Of a stretch of DNA of 64,000 nt, positions 1 to 9,389 are shown piece by piece. A model generated the notes under the pieces. It did not search any database, was not told where the DNA came from, and was given only the letters and a program-made list of their open reading frames with translations. Every line of letters starts with the position of its first letter. Position 1 is the first letter of the stretch. Location: contig JBARXP010000099.1 of NCBI GenBank assembly GCA_049647405.1, forward strand, positions 669 to 64,668, given 5' to 3'. A program made the translations under genes and the position numbers. This DNA is from Elainellaceae cyanobacterium. GTDB lineage: Bacteria > Cyanobacteriota > Cyanobacteriia > CAKZMO01.

Positions 1-480
1 AAGCAAGGTAAGCTGACCCGCACAGAATGGGACACAATGCGTCAACACGTCATTATTGGTGAGCAAATCTGCCGTCCTCTCCGGACGATGCGCGGGGTGT
101 TGCCGATTATTCGCCATCACCACGAACGCTGGGATGGTTCGGGATACCCAGACAAACTGACAGAGCACGAGATTCCTTACTTAGCGCAGATTTTCCAAAT
201 TATTGACATCTATGATGCGTTGACAAGCGAGCGCCCTTATAAAGTCGCGTATACCCCGGCTGAGTCTCTCCAAATGCTTCAAGAAGAGACCGATAGAGGT
301 TGGCGAAACCCGGAGCTGATGAGCAAGTTTGCTGAATTTATTCGACTAACGGAGATTGAAGGAAAGTCTCTGGCTGAGGCTCTTCAGGAAAGTGGCTCAT
401 CTCAACATGAATCTTCTTCTGAAGCCGCGTCCGAAGCCGCTGAGGTACAGCCCAGTGGAAAAGTGTCATCGATAGCCTAA
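1..480 (+). CDS. HD-GYP domain phosphohydrolase, C-terminal fragment (5' end lies outside the window)
   Basis: The frame is open from nt 1 and the translation carries the HHERWDGSGYPD motif typical of HD-GYP domains. The ATG at 37 is only an internal Met, with no stop upstream in frame. Confidence 0.7.
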   Translation, partial: KQGKLTRTEWDTMRQHVIIGEQICRPLRTMRGVLPIIRHHHERWDGSGYPDKLTEHEIPYLAQIFQIIDIYDALTSERPYKVAYTPAESLQMLQEETDRGWRNPELMSKFAEFIRLTEIEGKSLAEALQESGSSQHESSSEAASEAAEVQPSGKVSSIA

Positions 481-520
481 ATCAATCCTCCATACACGGT
501 TGTGAGACTGATTCGAGGCT

Positions 521-1654
521 CTACTCTTCAAACTGCCATAAATCTTTGATGGATTCTTCATCTAAGACTTGGCGTGCCTTAAGAATGAAGGCAACCCGTC
601 CAAGGATGGGTTCTTGACTCTCTTCTTCAGTCCATTGAACCTGAAGCGTTGCGTCTGCATCGACCAGAAAATAGCTGTCTGCATTCCACTGGCGCTGTGC
701 TCGATCGACTAATATCAGGACGTTTTCAGTTGTTCCGGTTGGCGGCAGCGGTAATTGATGGGTTTGAGCCAGTACGACAATCGGATCTTCAGCGGCTAAA
801 ACAGCTTTCCATCCTGGTAAGGGAACCCAGGCACCTGTGCCCGAAAATTTGACGATCCTAAAGGGTGCTTCATCTTCAAGCAGAGGAACAGCTTTGAATG
901 CGTCTACGTCAAGGGGAAGCTTTCCAGCAACCGGGATAATGCGGGGGAGTTCTTCCTCTGAGTCCAGCCGATACATGGGCATGAGTGGGGCCGTTCGACT
1001 TTTTATGACTGTAAAGTCGGTCAGCAGTTTTTCAATAGCCGATCGGGCAGAGGCGGTTTCCGCAAAACTCAGGCCCTGGGCAATTAAGCGCGATCGCGCC
1101 TGCAAATCAGATTGTTGACGAGCCAGTTTCCAATAGTAATAGGCGACTGCATCACCCGGATGCTGCTCAAGGGGAGCAAAGTTATGGGGAGTCGTCGTGA
1201 GACGGGTATAGTCTCGCACCGCTTTTGCAAGCTCGTGGGCAGCATCAGCATCTAAGCCCCTTTCCATCGTAATCTTAGCGGCAGCTCTGCGCCCAGGCTG
1301 GTTCAAAATTCGGAACTCATATAATATGTCGCTGCCTCGCTGGCTGAAATAGCCTTGAGCTGCGTCTATGTTGTCGCCAGTGGCGATCGCCCCGTAGACT
1401 TGCACAGCAACAATGATTTGATTTTGCTGGATGGGCTCAAATCCAGTTTCTTCAAAGATTTGTTGAGCATTGTACCCCTCTTTCTGTAACCGCTGACAAG
1501 CCGTTCCCCAGTCTACCCATGTGCCTTCCTTGCGGCGGAGCGACTTCAGCAAAGCTAAGACCTCATCATCACTCATCGGAGTAGAAGGGGCAGACGCATC
1601 GGAGTTGGAAGGAGGAATCGCAGACATGGGAATGACCTGAAGAAGAGAAATCAA
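521..1654 (-). CDS. RuBisCO accumulation factor 1 (Raf1)-like protein (tentative)
   Basis: 377-aa ORF. The N-terminal segment (LRRKEGTWVDWGTACQRLQKEGY...IIVAVQVYG) resembles the alpha-helical domain of cyanobacterial Raf1 as I recall it, and the size also fits. The assignment is from memory and is not verified. Confidence 0.4.
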   Translation of the reverse strand: MISLLQVIPMSAIPPSNSDASAPSTPMSDDEVLALLKSLRRKEGTWVDWGTACQRLQKEGYNAQQIFEETGFEPIQQNQIIVAVQVYGAIATGDNIDAAQGYFSQRGSDILYEFRILNQPGRRAAAKITMERGLDADAAHELAKAVRDYTRLTTTPHNFAPLEQHPGDAVAYYYWKLARQQSDLQARSRLIAQGLSFAETASARSAIEKLLTDFTVIKSRTAPLMPMYRLDSEEELPRIIPVAGKLPLDVDAFKAVPLLEDEAPFRIVKFSGTGAWVPLPGWKAVLAAEDPIVVLAQTHQLPLPPTGTTENVLILVDRAQRQWNADSYFLVDADATLQVQWTEEESQEPILGRVAFILKARQVLDEESIKDLWQFEE

Positions 1655-1728
1655 TCGGAAAAAAGGAGGGAAGGGGCGATCGCCCCAAGACCCTAACAGT
1701 AGTCTAAACGTAGGTGAAGGCAGGTCAT

Positions 1729-1956
1729 TTAAGACGGCGTATTTTGCAGATCAGGACGTTCTTCTGGCACGATCGCCCCTTCAACCGGACAGACTTGGAG
1801 GCAGATGCCACAGTCGATACAGGTCGCAAAGTCAATCCAATACCAATCTGTTCCTTTCGTATTTTTGCCGGGGCCGTCATGAATACATGCAACAGGACAT
1901 GCCTCGACACAATCTGCTACACCTTCACAGGTATTGGTCACGATAGTATGTGGCAC
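1729..1956 (-). CDS. 4Fe-4S (bacterial-type) ferredoxin
   Basis: 75 aa with two Cys clusters, CxxxC...CP and CIDCGICLQVCP, typical of 2x[4Fe-4S] or 7Fe ferredoxins. Confidence 0.75.
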   Translation of the reverse strand: MPHTIVTNTCEGVADCVEACPVACIHDGPGKNTKGTDWYWIDFATCIDCGICLQVCPVEGAIVPEERPDLQNTPS

Positions 1957-2139
1957 AGTCTTTCAGTTCCTTAATCAACAACAGAGAAATAACGGTAAAG
2001 AGGCTTGAGAATCACCATAGCGCAGTGCAATTTATTTGGGAATGTCTGCCATCGGGGTCTTTGCCCAACATGGGGCGCTGCACATTTATGAACCCTGCGA
2101 TGAACCCTGCGATGACATCAACCCTGCGATAACACTGCT

Positions 2140-3510
2140 CTAGAGAGATGTCATGACATTGTCTTGTCGAGCTTCGTCTTGTAGAGCTTCATCCTGTCGT
2201 GTTTCGTCTTGCAACACTTCCAGAGTAGAGCGTCCATCTGCATCGACCCAAATAATCTTAGGAATACAGCGACCCTGAGCCATCTGACGAACCGCATCAA
2301 CCCCCATCTGAATATCGAGATTAATCTCAATGCTCAAGCCTTGCTGCTCAAATTCATCATCCAGTGAGAACGATTCGATTGCCCCTTGGCGCTGTTCAGG
2401 AGAACGTAGCTTTCCTGGAGTTCTCAGCTGATGGGCGATCGCAAACGCAGCCGTGGCCGCATTGGCATCCTTTGGCACCACAAGGCAGTGAGGAGAGGGC
2501 GAGTCGATAGGCATCTGACCTGTTGGAGCCAAGATTTTTTGGAGGGTTTCGATATTGAGCACAAAACCAACGCCAGGGCAGGCTTCTCCTTGAGGATGGT
2601 AAAGCCCTAGGAGCTGATCATAGCGCCCTCCTTGCCCCAAAACGTATTGCTGGCGATCAGTCGCGTGAACCACATTGAACACGATCCCGGTGTAGTAGTT
2701 GAAGGTTTGAATCAAACTCAGATCCAACACCAGCGAAGAAATCATGGGCAGGTTATGCGCTTGAGCCGTTAGCTCTAATAACTCCATCAGAGACTTTAAC
2801 GATTTGACAATGTCCTGCTGGCGCGGGTCTAATTCTATTTCAGAAACTCGTTGCAGCACATCGGCAGGGGTACCCCGCAAATCAAGTAGCCACAGGGCGC
2901 GATCGCGCAGCTCTGGGGCCAGGGGCAGGTTCTCAAGGGTAACCCGATCAAGCTGGGCGATCGCCACGCGAATGCGATTGCGCCACTCTGGAGGAAAAAC
3001 CTCAAAGAGCGATCGCGTCAGCTCGGCTTCGCCAATCACCAGATGCCAGTCATGGAGCTTAAGGGTATTGAGGCAATCGGCTAGCAAGAGCAGCACCTCA
3101 GCATCTGCCATTGCCCCGCCAATGCCCAGCAGCTCAACCCCCGCCTGAAAAAACTCTTGCTGGCGATCGTGGCTGTTGCGATTGAGCCGCCGAAAAACAT
3201 TGGCGCTATAGCAAAAGCGCTGAGCATGATTGACCCCTGAGAGGCGAGTCACTGCCGCACGGGCGATCGATGCCGTCAACTCAGGTCGCAGCCCCAGCAC
3301 TTCATTGTTGGCATCATGTAATTGGATCACAGAAGAAGGCTGCACTGCCCCACCTGCAACTAGGGTGTCTAGCCGCTCAAGGGTTGAAGTGATGATGCGG
3401 TGATATCCCCACTGGTGAAAAACACGCTGCAACCGATCTTCAATCCACTGCCTCTGAGCCACGTCAGGAGGAAATAGGTCTCTGGCTCCAGCCGGAGGTT
3501 GATACACCAT
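2140..3510 (-). CDS. hisZ: ATP phosphoribosyltransferase regulatory subunit HisZ (HisRS paralogue)
   Basis: Class II aaRS/HisRS-like protein with an N-terminal PxGxRDxxP motif and a GGRYD motif 3. HisRS motif 2 is degenerate (FRRLNRNSHDRQQEFFQ instead of RYERPQxGRxRQF), which fits the non-catalytic HisZ paralogue. hisD also lies in this window. Confidence 0.55.
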   Translation of the reverse strand: MVYQPPAGARDLFPPDVAQRQWIEDRLQRVFHQWGYHRIITSTLERLDTLVAGGAVQPSSVIQLHDANNEVLGLRPELTASIARAAVTRLSGVNHAQRFCYSANVFRRLNRNSHDRQQEFFQAGVELLGIGGAMADAEVLLLLADCLNTLKLHDWHLVIGEAELTRSLFEVFPPEWRNRIRVAIAQLDRVTLENLPLAPELRDRALWLLDLRGTPADVLQRVSEIELDPRQQDIVKSLKSLMELLELTAQAHNLPMISSLVLDLSLIQTFNYYTGIVFNVVHATDRQQYVLGQGGRYDQLLGLYHPQGEACPGVGFVLNIETLQKILAPTGQMPIDSPSPHCLVVPKDANAATAAFAIAHQLRTPGKLRSPEQRQGAIESFSLDDEFEQQGLSIEINLDIQMGVDAVRQMAQGRCIPKIIWVDADGRSTLEVLQDETRQDEALQDEARQDNVMTSL

Positions 3511-3627
3511 GCGTATTGTCTCACTTCGGATTGACTTCTATTGCAACTGCTCTATTCTACTAAGCTTCTTGCGCCTCGCAGAATATTAAAGTTGCAGAGG
3601 AGTCTCACACTGCTATTTCTTGCAGCG

Positions 3628-4539
3628 CTATTTCTTCTTGCCGCCAAACAGCCCGCTAAAAATTCCGCCCTTTTCTTTTTGGGGAGGCTGCTGATTTTTA
3701 GATTTATTCTTGCCTTCGATGCGGTCAAGAATTGCCCGAGCCAGCTCATCTTGAGGGTTTGTCTCTAGAGCTTTACGGGCATGGATCTTGGCCATCGTCT
3801 GCTGCTTGGTCGTGAAATAGATATTGGCAAGCCGACTATGACAGCTCGCAACTTTAGGATTCATCCGATTCATTTGAATCGCTTCTCGAAGCTCACCAAT
3901 CGCTGCCGAGAAGTCTCCTCGACGCTCAAACTCCATAGCACGCCCTAAAGCACGATCGACCAAATCTGGGTCTAAAATTGGGTCTGGAATTGGGTCTGGA
4001 ATTGGGTCTGGAATTGGGCCTCGTAATCGTCGCGAACCTGATTGTTGGCGCATCAGATAAACCATATTCAGCTCACTGATCTGCCCAATCATGTCTAAGC
4101 ATTCGCTCAGAGATTCATATTGCTGATCTGATAGCGATTGAACTGCTGCTGAGTAGGCTTGCGTCACATTGCCAGAACTCGCAAGCTGCTGAGCCGCCTT
4201 ACTGCTAATCACCACCGTGTCTTGTTGCTGATTGAGCTGCTTGCCCTTCAGGCTCAAAAGCAGGTTGTATTCTTTAATCTCGTCTTCTTTTTGGGTTGAA
4301 AGCTTCTCGTAAGCAGGGTTCACTAGTTTCGATAACAGCTCTTGGGCGAGCTGCCGCTCTTCGTCACTGGTAATCGCAGAGCTGTCGGGGTGAAGCCGTC
4401 GAGCAATCTTGAGGTATCGTTTTCGGACGGCTTTAGGGTCTGCATCAATCGGAACCCCCAATACTGCGTGGTGATCAATGAAGCTTGAACTGAATAGCCC
4501 TCGGTCTATTTTCAAATCCATTCTGGTTGCCCTGCTCAC
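3628..4539 (-). CDS. DnaJ (J-domain) protein with C-terminal TPR-like region and internal PIPD tandem repeats
   Basis: J-domain signature at the N-terminus (VLGV...YLKIARRLHPD). Internal (PIPD)n repeats are encoded by the 12-bp tandem DNA repeat at 3966-4026. The C-terminal helical region (ANIYFTTKQ...ALETNPQDELA) looks TPR-like. Confidence 0.65.
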   Translation of the reverse strand: MSRATRMDLKIDRGLFSSSFIDHHAVLGVPIDADPKAVRKRYLKIARRLHPDSSAITSDEERQLAQELLSKLVNPAYEKLSTQKEDEIKEYNLLLSLKGKQLNQQQDTVVISSKAAQQLASSGNVTQAYSAAVQSLSDQQYESLSECLDMIGQISELNMVYLMRQQSGSRRLRGPIPDPIPDPIPDPILDPDLVDRALGRAMEFERRGDFSAAIGELREAIQMNRMNPKVASCHSRLANIYFTTKQQTMAKIHARKALETNPQDELARAILDRIEGKNKSKNQQPPQKEKGGIFSGLFGGKKK

Positions 4540-4854
4540 CTGCCGCTTCTTCCTCTATAGTTTACTTGCTCTTTTCGCCCTAGAACTGCATCCGATCGCT
4601 CAAGACGAGTGATTCTGTGTAAAAAATCAGTAAGCTTTATTCACTGAATTATGTAGAATGCATCAAGCCTTGCGGCTGCTTTACGGCTGTCTTGAGTTAC
4701 CGCACGGTGGATGTGCCTCGGGTTTTACCCGTCGTGAGCCAACCTGATCACAAGTTCGGGGGCTCGTTAAAGTTAACGTCTGCTGATGCAGTGTCAATCG
4801 CAATCTTCTCTCTATGGAAAATTGACGGGTGTGCCTTGTGGCTATGTTTCCCAC

Positions 4855-5694
4855 TCAGACGCGAAATCTTTCTAGTGGTTTAATATTGGCTAGGGTATCG
4901 CTCAATTCTTGATGAATCAGGCCATTCGTTGCCAGAATTCGTCCTGTTTTGAGCTGAAACGGGCTGCTGTCATAGGCTGTCACGTGTCCCCCAGCTTCTT
5001 CGACAAGAACAACCCCAGCCGCGAGATCCCAGGGTGACAGTCCTCGTTCCCAATAGCCATCAAGGCGACCGCAGGCGACATAGGCGAGGTCAATGGAGGC
5101 GGCTCCTCCCCGGCGGACTCCCTGGGTTTTGTGGGTTAAGTGGCAAAATTCGGCATAGTTGTTGTCGCTGGTTTCGTGGCGATCGTAAGCAAACCCGGTA
5201 ACGAGCAGGCTCTGACTCAGGGTTTGAGTGTTTGAAACCTGAATCGGACGACGATTGCGATATGCACCTAAGCCTTTAGCGGCTTGGAATAAATCATTGT
5301 GGGACGGGTCATAGATCACCCCTAGAGAGGGCACTCCGTGGACGAGCAGTCCAATCGAGACGGCAAAAAATGGATATTGATGGGTGTAATTTGTGGTGCC
5401 GTCTAGGGGGTCGATCGCCCAGAGATAGTCTGTATTGCTGGCCTCTATCTTGCCAGACTCTTCTGCCAAAACCGAATGTTCAGGAAGATGTCGCTTCAAG
5501 ACACTGAGAACAACTTGCTCGGCTTCCTTGTCTGCAACGGTGACCAAGTCTCCCGGACGGCCTTTTTCTTCAATGTCATCTAACTGGCCCAAGTAATGCT
5601 TGAGAACTTCGCCTGCGGCATATGCGGCTTCAGTCGCAATATCTAAATATGTCTGGAGCTGTCTTAAAGATGGAGTGGTCATGGCGTCGCCCAT
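4855..5694 (-). CDS. inositol monophosphatase family protein (SuhB/IMPase)
   Basis: Canonical IMPase motifs WAIDPLDGTTNY and the metal-binding EE/DP residues; about 270 aa. Confidence 0.85.
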   Translation of the reverse strand: MGDAMTTPSLRQLQTYLDIATEAAYAAGEVLKHYLGQLDDIEEKGRPGDLVTVADKEAEQVVLSVLKRHLPEHSVLAEESGKIEASNTDYLWAIDPLDGTTNYTHQYPFFAVSIGLLVHGVPSLGVIYDPSHNDLFQAAKGLGAYRNRRPIQVSNTQTLSQSLLVTGFAYDRHETSDNNYAEFCHLTHKTQGVRRGGAASIDLAYVACGRLDGYWERGLSPWDLAAGVVLVEEAGGHVTAYDSSPFQLKTGRILATNGLIHQELSDTLANIKPLERFRV

Positions 5695-5810
5695 AGAAGT
5701 TCAGGAGCATTGTAAAGCTCAATGGTGAACTGCCGGATCGATCAGGCTGAAGAGACTTCAGCCCGAAGAAAAAATCGCCTAGAGTGAGCGATCGCCCCAT
5801 TCATCTGCTC

Positions 5811-6179
5811 TCAATCTTCGTCGAGAGGTAGCCCTGCTTTCACCCGCCCTTTGCCAAAATATCGGCCAAACTGAAGCTCATAGACTTCATCTTCATCTTG
5901 GGTCTCAACGGTCAAATCTGATTTGGCGTAGCTCACACACAGCAGGGCATAGCCCTCGGCTCTCAGATCTGGAGAAAGCCCCATTGCTTCAGGCTGGTCA
6001 ATTTCACCCGCTTTGACACGAACAGCGCAGGCTGTGCAGGCTCCATTGCGACAGGAAAACGGTAGCCGAATGCCCTGCTCTTCTGCCCAATGGAGGATGT
6101 AGCGATCGTTTGGAACTTCAATAGAGTGCAGCGTATCGGTTTGGCGATTATAGATTCTGACGGTGTGTGTCTGCTCCAT
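5811..6179 (-). CDS. plant-type [2Fe-2S] ferredoxin-like protein with C-terminal extension
   Basis: The cysteine pattern SCRNGACTACA...LLC is the 2Fe-2S plant-type ferredoxin cysteine pattern. 122 aa. Confidence 0.75.
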   Translation of the reverse strand: MEQTHTVRIYNRQTDTLHSIEVPNDRYILHWAEEQGIRLPFSCRNGACTACAVRVKAGEIDQPEAMGLSPDLRAEGYALLCVSYAKSDLTVETQDEDEVYELQFGRYFGKGRVKAGLPLDED

Positions 6180-6553
6180 AGCCTCGTACTGAATAACCTC
6201 TTAGGAATTGCTTCCAACAAAAAGTCTCCAAACATCTAGTTCACTAGAAATTCTAATGATGCTGTAGAGCATGAGAGACTCTTTTCATTCTGGACTGAAT
6301 TGCGAGAATCTACCAGCGAATCTTCGAGATGCCATGCCTCAAAGCTTTCTTCCTAGAAGGTGCAAGAGTGAAAAGCGATCGCCCTCAGCGCACCTTGACT
6401 CAACGCAAGCTGATCAATTTGCTACAAGGCTGGACTCATCTTCCGATGCGTTGCAGTGAGGATTTTTATACTTTCTTATGCCTTTGGAAAAAACGCCAGG
6501 AGTATCCTCTAGTCAGGAGCGAGTCTATTAAAGACTAAATCTTACATAGCTTC

Positions 6554-7444
6554 ATGAAAACTAAGCAATTTATCTTTTTAGGGCCGACTGGTGCCAGAGC
6601 ACAAGAGCATGCCGCTGCATTGGCGAAGCAATGGCACATTCCTTATGTGTCCACGCCAGAACTTTTGCAGCAGGCGATCGCCAAACAAACTGCCCTCGGA
6701 GTTGAAGCCAGTCCATATATAGAAGCGGGCGAGTTGGTGCCTGATACGATCGTGCTCAAATTGATGCGGCAGCGATTTGAGCAACCCGACACCGTGCTAA
6801 AAGGCTGGATTTTAGATGGGTTTCCCTGCACCGTAGCCCAAGCCCAGGGATTCGATGAGTGGTGGGCAATAATGGGGTCATCTACGCCAACGGTCGTTTA
6901 CTTCAAAGTGATGGCGGGCATTTTAATCAATCGTCTCTACACGGAGCTAGGCGAGACCGAGTCTCTATCGGCAATTCGTCGTCGGTTAGACCAGTACCAA
7001 GCTGAGATCGATCCTATTTTGGAGTATTATCAGCAGCGCGATCAGCTCAAAACGATCAACGCCAGCCTATCTTTTGCCGAAGTTGCCAGAGATTTGGCCT
7101 GCTTAGGTCAAGAAAATATCGGTTCAGCCCCGTTGATTCAAAATGAAGCCGAGCTTGATACTCTCATCGCTAGCCAATCAAGGCTGGTGGTTGATTGTAT
7201 GGCATCTTGGTGTGGGTCTTGCAAACAGGTGACACCGTCTATCGATAAGCTAGCGGAAGAATATGGCGATCGCGTCAAGGTGATGAAAATAGACTTTGAT
7301 GCCAATCGGCAACTATCGAAGCGGTTTGGCTTACAGGGCATACCCGCTGTCATGTTTTTTAAGGACGGTGAATTGTTAAAGACATTGACCGGAGTGAAGT
7401 CTTATCACGAGTATAATGCTGCAGTCATGACCCTGTTGAATTAG
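6554..7444 (+). CDS. adenylate-kinase-like domain (degenerate P-loop) fused to a thioredoxin domain (CGSC active site)
   Basis: The N-terminal 180 aa align with Adk (LGPTGA..., LDGFPCT, VPD motif region), but the P-loop lysine is missing (GPTGARAQ vs GAPGAGKGTQ) and LDGFPRT is changed to LDGFPCT. The C-terminal 100 aa form a thioredoxin fold (WCGSCK ... GIPAVMFFKDGE). Confidence 0.7.
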   Translation: MKTKQFIFLGPTGARAQEHAAALAKQWHIPYVSTPELLQQAIAKQTALGVEASPYIEAGELVPDTIVLKLMRQRFEQPDTVLKGWILDGFPCTVAQAQGFDEWWAIMGSSTPTVVYFKVMAGILINRLYTELGETESLSAIRRRLDQYQAEIDPILEYYQQRDQLKTINASLSFAEVARDLACLGQENIGSAPLIQNEAELDTLIASQSRLVVDCMASWCGSCKQVTPSIDKLAEEYGDRVKVMKIDFDANRQLSKRFGLQGIPAVMFFKDGELLKTLTGVKSYHEYNAAVMTLLN

Positions 7445-7632
7445 TCTGTTGAATTAGCCTGTTGAATTAGTCAGAGACTCACGAGGGAATATTGACGAGT
7501 CGATGAATTTCTATCGCCGCACTGGGAAATCCAAGGGTTAAATCCTTCCATTCCTAACAGTATTTTGACTTAAACAATCACCGTGAAGCCCTCTGCGACT
7601 GACCTACAAAAGGTTCAACAGGAAGAGATTCT

Positions 7633-9012
7633 CTAGGGTTGGAAATGGGTGCGGGCCAACCGTGCTGTCCCATAAGCAGCATCAGGCTGAGCCGACAAGC
7701 CGACTGGAACTCCAATATGTCGCTGGCGAATCTGAGTCCAGATTTGATTTTTTGCACCCCCTCCAGCTGTATAAACCTGAGCCAAGGGAGAGGCTCCTAA
7801 CTCCTGTAGCAGTCGATATCCATGAGCTTCGATACGGGCAATGCTTTCCAAAAGGCCATGTAAAAATGCCTCGTCGGTTTCAGGATAAGGACTAAGCCGG
7901 GGCAGCAAGTTGGGATCATTAATCGGGAAGCGATCGCCCGGTGTCAGCAACGGGTAGTAATCAAGAAGACTTGCCTCATTGGGATCAATCGCATGGCTCA
8001 ATCGTTCAATATCGGCATCGCTGAAAAACTGACGCAATACAGCCCCTCCCGTGTTTGACGCTCCACCCACCAACCACAGGGGGCGATCGCTCTTCGCAAA
8101 AGCATCGAGTCGATGGCTGTAGACTCCATAATGAGATGCATTCACAGGAGTTTCGCTGAGCAGCTTAAGCACCAATGTCGAGCCGAGAGACGTGACCGCC
8201 TCCCCTGGCTGAGACGCCCCACTAGCGAGAAACGCAGCAATGCTGTCGGTGGTTCCTGCACAAATCTGACAGTCTTGAGCCAGACCCAGGCGATCGGCGA
8301 TCGCTGGAGTCACGCAGGCAATGGGCGTTCCGGGGATCAAGACTTGCCGAGGCATCTGTAGTCGAGTCGGGAGTCCTTGCATCCACTGCGGATAGCTCAG
8401 CTGCTGTACGTCATAGCCCAGCTTGAGGCTATTGTGATAATCGCTGACGCTCATTCGACCATGCAGCAAAAAAGCCAGCCAATCCGATTGGTGGAGCAGA
8501 TAACCCGGAGCAATTCGTTCTGATGATTGTTCCAGAATTTTCAGTGCTTCAGTTCGCGCGGTCTGCGAATCTGCCGCCTCTAATAACTTCTGCTCTCCTT
8601 TTCGTGCTCCCTCCTCGCCACAGTGCCACCATACCCACTTGGCAAAGCTTGATGTCGCGCTTAAAGCGACATGTTCAGCCGGGGCGATCGCCCTTACCAA
8701 GGGCAACACTGCCTGTCCTCGATTATCGTTGTAAAGCAGAGGCGGTTTGAGGGGAGTCCCGGCTTCATCGCACCAGAGCACCGTGCCAGAGGTGCCGTTG
8801 ATGGCGATCGCCCGAATATCCCGGCGCGTCGATGCTGGAATTTGTATAATCACATCGTCCAGAGCGGAGCGCCATAGGGAAGGCCACTCTTGCGGCTGAG
8901 CTAGCGAAAAATCACATCGGCCTTCGGCTGCAATAGCTCCGTCTGCGTCAATGGCGACTGATCGCGCCCCCGATGTGCCAAAGTCAATGCCGAGAAAAAG
9001 GTGATGAGTCAT
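7633..9012 (-). CDS. FGGY-family carbohydrate kinase (xylulokinase/ribulokinase-like)
   Basis: The N-terminus reads MTHHLFLGIDFGTSGARS, matching the FGGY N-terminal ATPase motif. A C-terminal FGGY region is present (GGGAKN...W). I chose the internal ATG at 9010-9012 as the start over the longer ORF beginning at 9087. Confidence 0.7.
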   Translation of the reverse strand: MTHHLFLGIDFGTSGARSVAIDADGAIAAEGRCDFSLAQPQEWPSLWRSALDDVIIQIPASTRRDIRAIAINGTSGTVLWCDEAGTPLKPPLLYNDNRGQAVLPLVRAIAPAEHVALSATSSFAKWVWWHCGEEGARKGEQKLLEAADSQTARTEALKILEQSSERIAPGYLLHQSDWLAFLLHGRMSVSDYHNSLKLGYDVQQLSYPQWMQGLPTRLQMPRQVLIPGTPIACVTPAIADRLGLAQDCQICAGTTDSIAAFLASGASQPGEAVTSLGSTLVLKLLSETPVNASHYGVYSHRLDAFAKSDRPLWLVGGASNTGGAVLRQFFSDADIERLSHAIDPNEASLLDYYPLLTPGDRFPINDPNLLPRLSPYPETDEAFLHGLLESIARIEAHGYRLLQELGASPLAQVYTAGGGAKNQIWTQIRQRHIGVPVGLSAQPDAAYGTARLARTHFQP

Positions 9013-9260
9013 GCCAAACGATATAAAGCCCCATGATATTAAACAGAACCCATCGCCTCCGATGCAGTTTAAGAGCGATCGCCCCACTCGTCCTCTTTAT
9101 CGGCAGGTCTGGTGGAAAATGGCGGTGTTGGGGCTGTCAGGAGCCAGCCTATTTTTAATCATGACGCTGATAGCGACTCTTTTCTCGTCATAAGCTTCTT
9201 TGCCTGAGTCTGTGGCAATCATTTGAATCGCCATAGTCGTCAGTAAGCGGTGGGCGATCG

Positions 9261-9292
9261 CCAAAAAAGAAGAGAGCACATTTGTGCTCTCT
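9261..9292 (-). terminator. rho-independent terminator downstream of rpoC2
   Basis: A 9-10 bp perfect stem (agagagcac / gtgctctct) sits at 9271-9292. On the minus strand it is followed by TCTTTTTTGG, and it lies about 100 nt after the rpoC2 stop. A second small hairpin sits at 9303-9320. Confidence 0.5.
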
Positions 9293-9389
9293 TAACAAAG
9301 GCTCTCTTGAAGAGCCGTTACTTAGCGTTTAGCTTCATCACTCAGATTGGGTTACTGGCTCTACCCTTTCGTGACCCAGACGCTATAAA

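Noticed and set aside
9011-9193. 60-aa ORF with a C-terminal hydrophobic helix between the FGGY kinase and rpoC2
   Set aside because: It overlaps the probable start region of the kinase on the opposite strand and has no recognisable motif. It could be a small membrane protein, but the evidence is insufficient.
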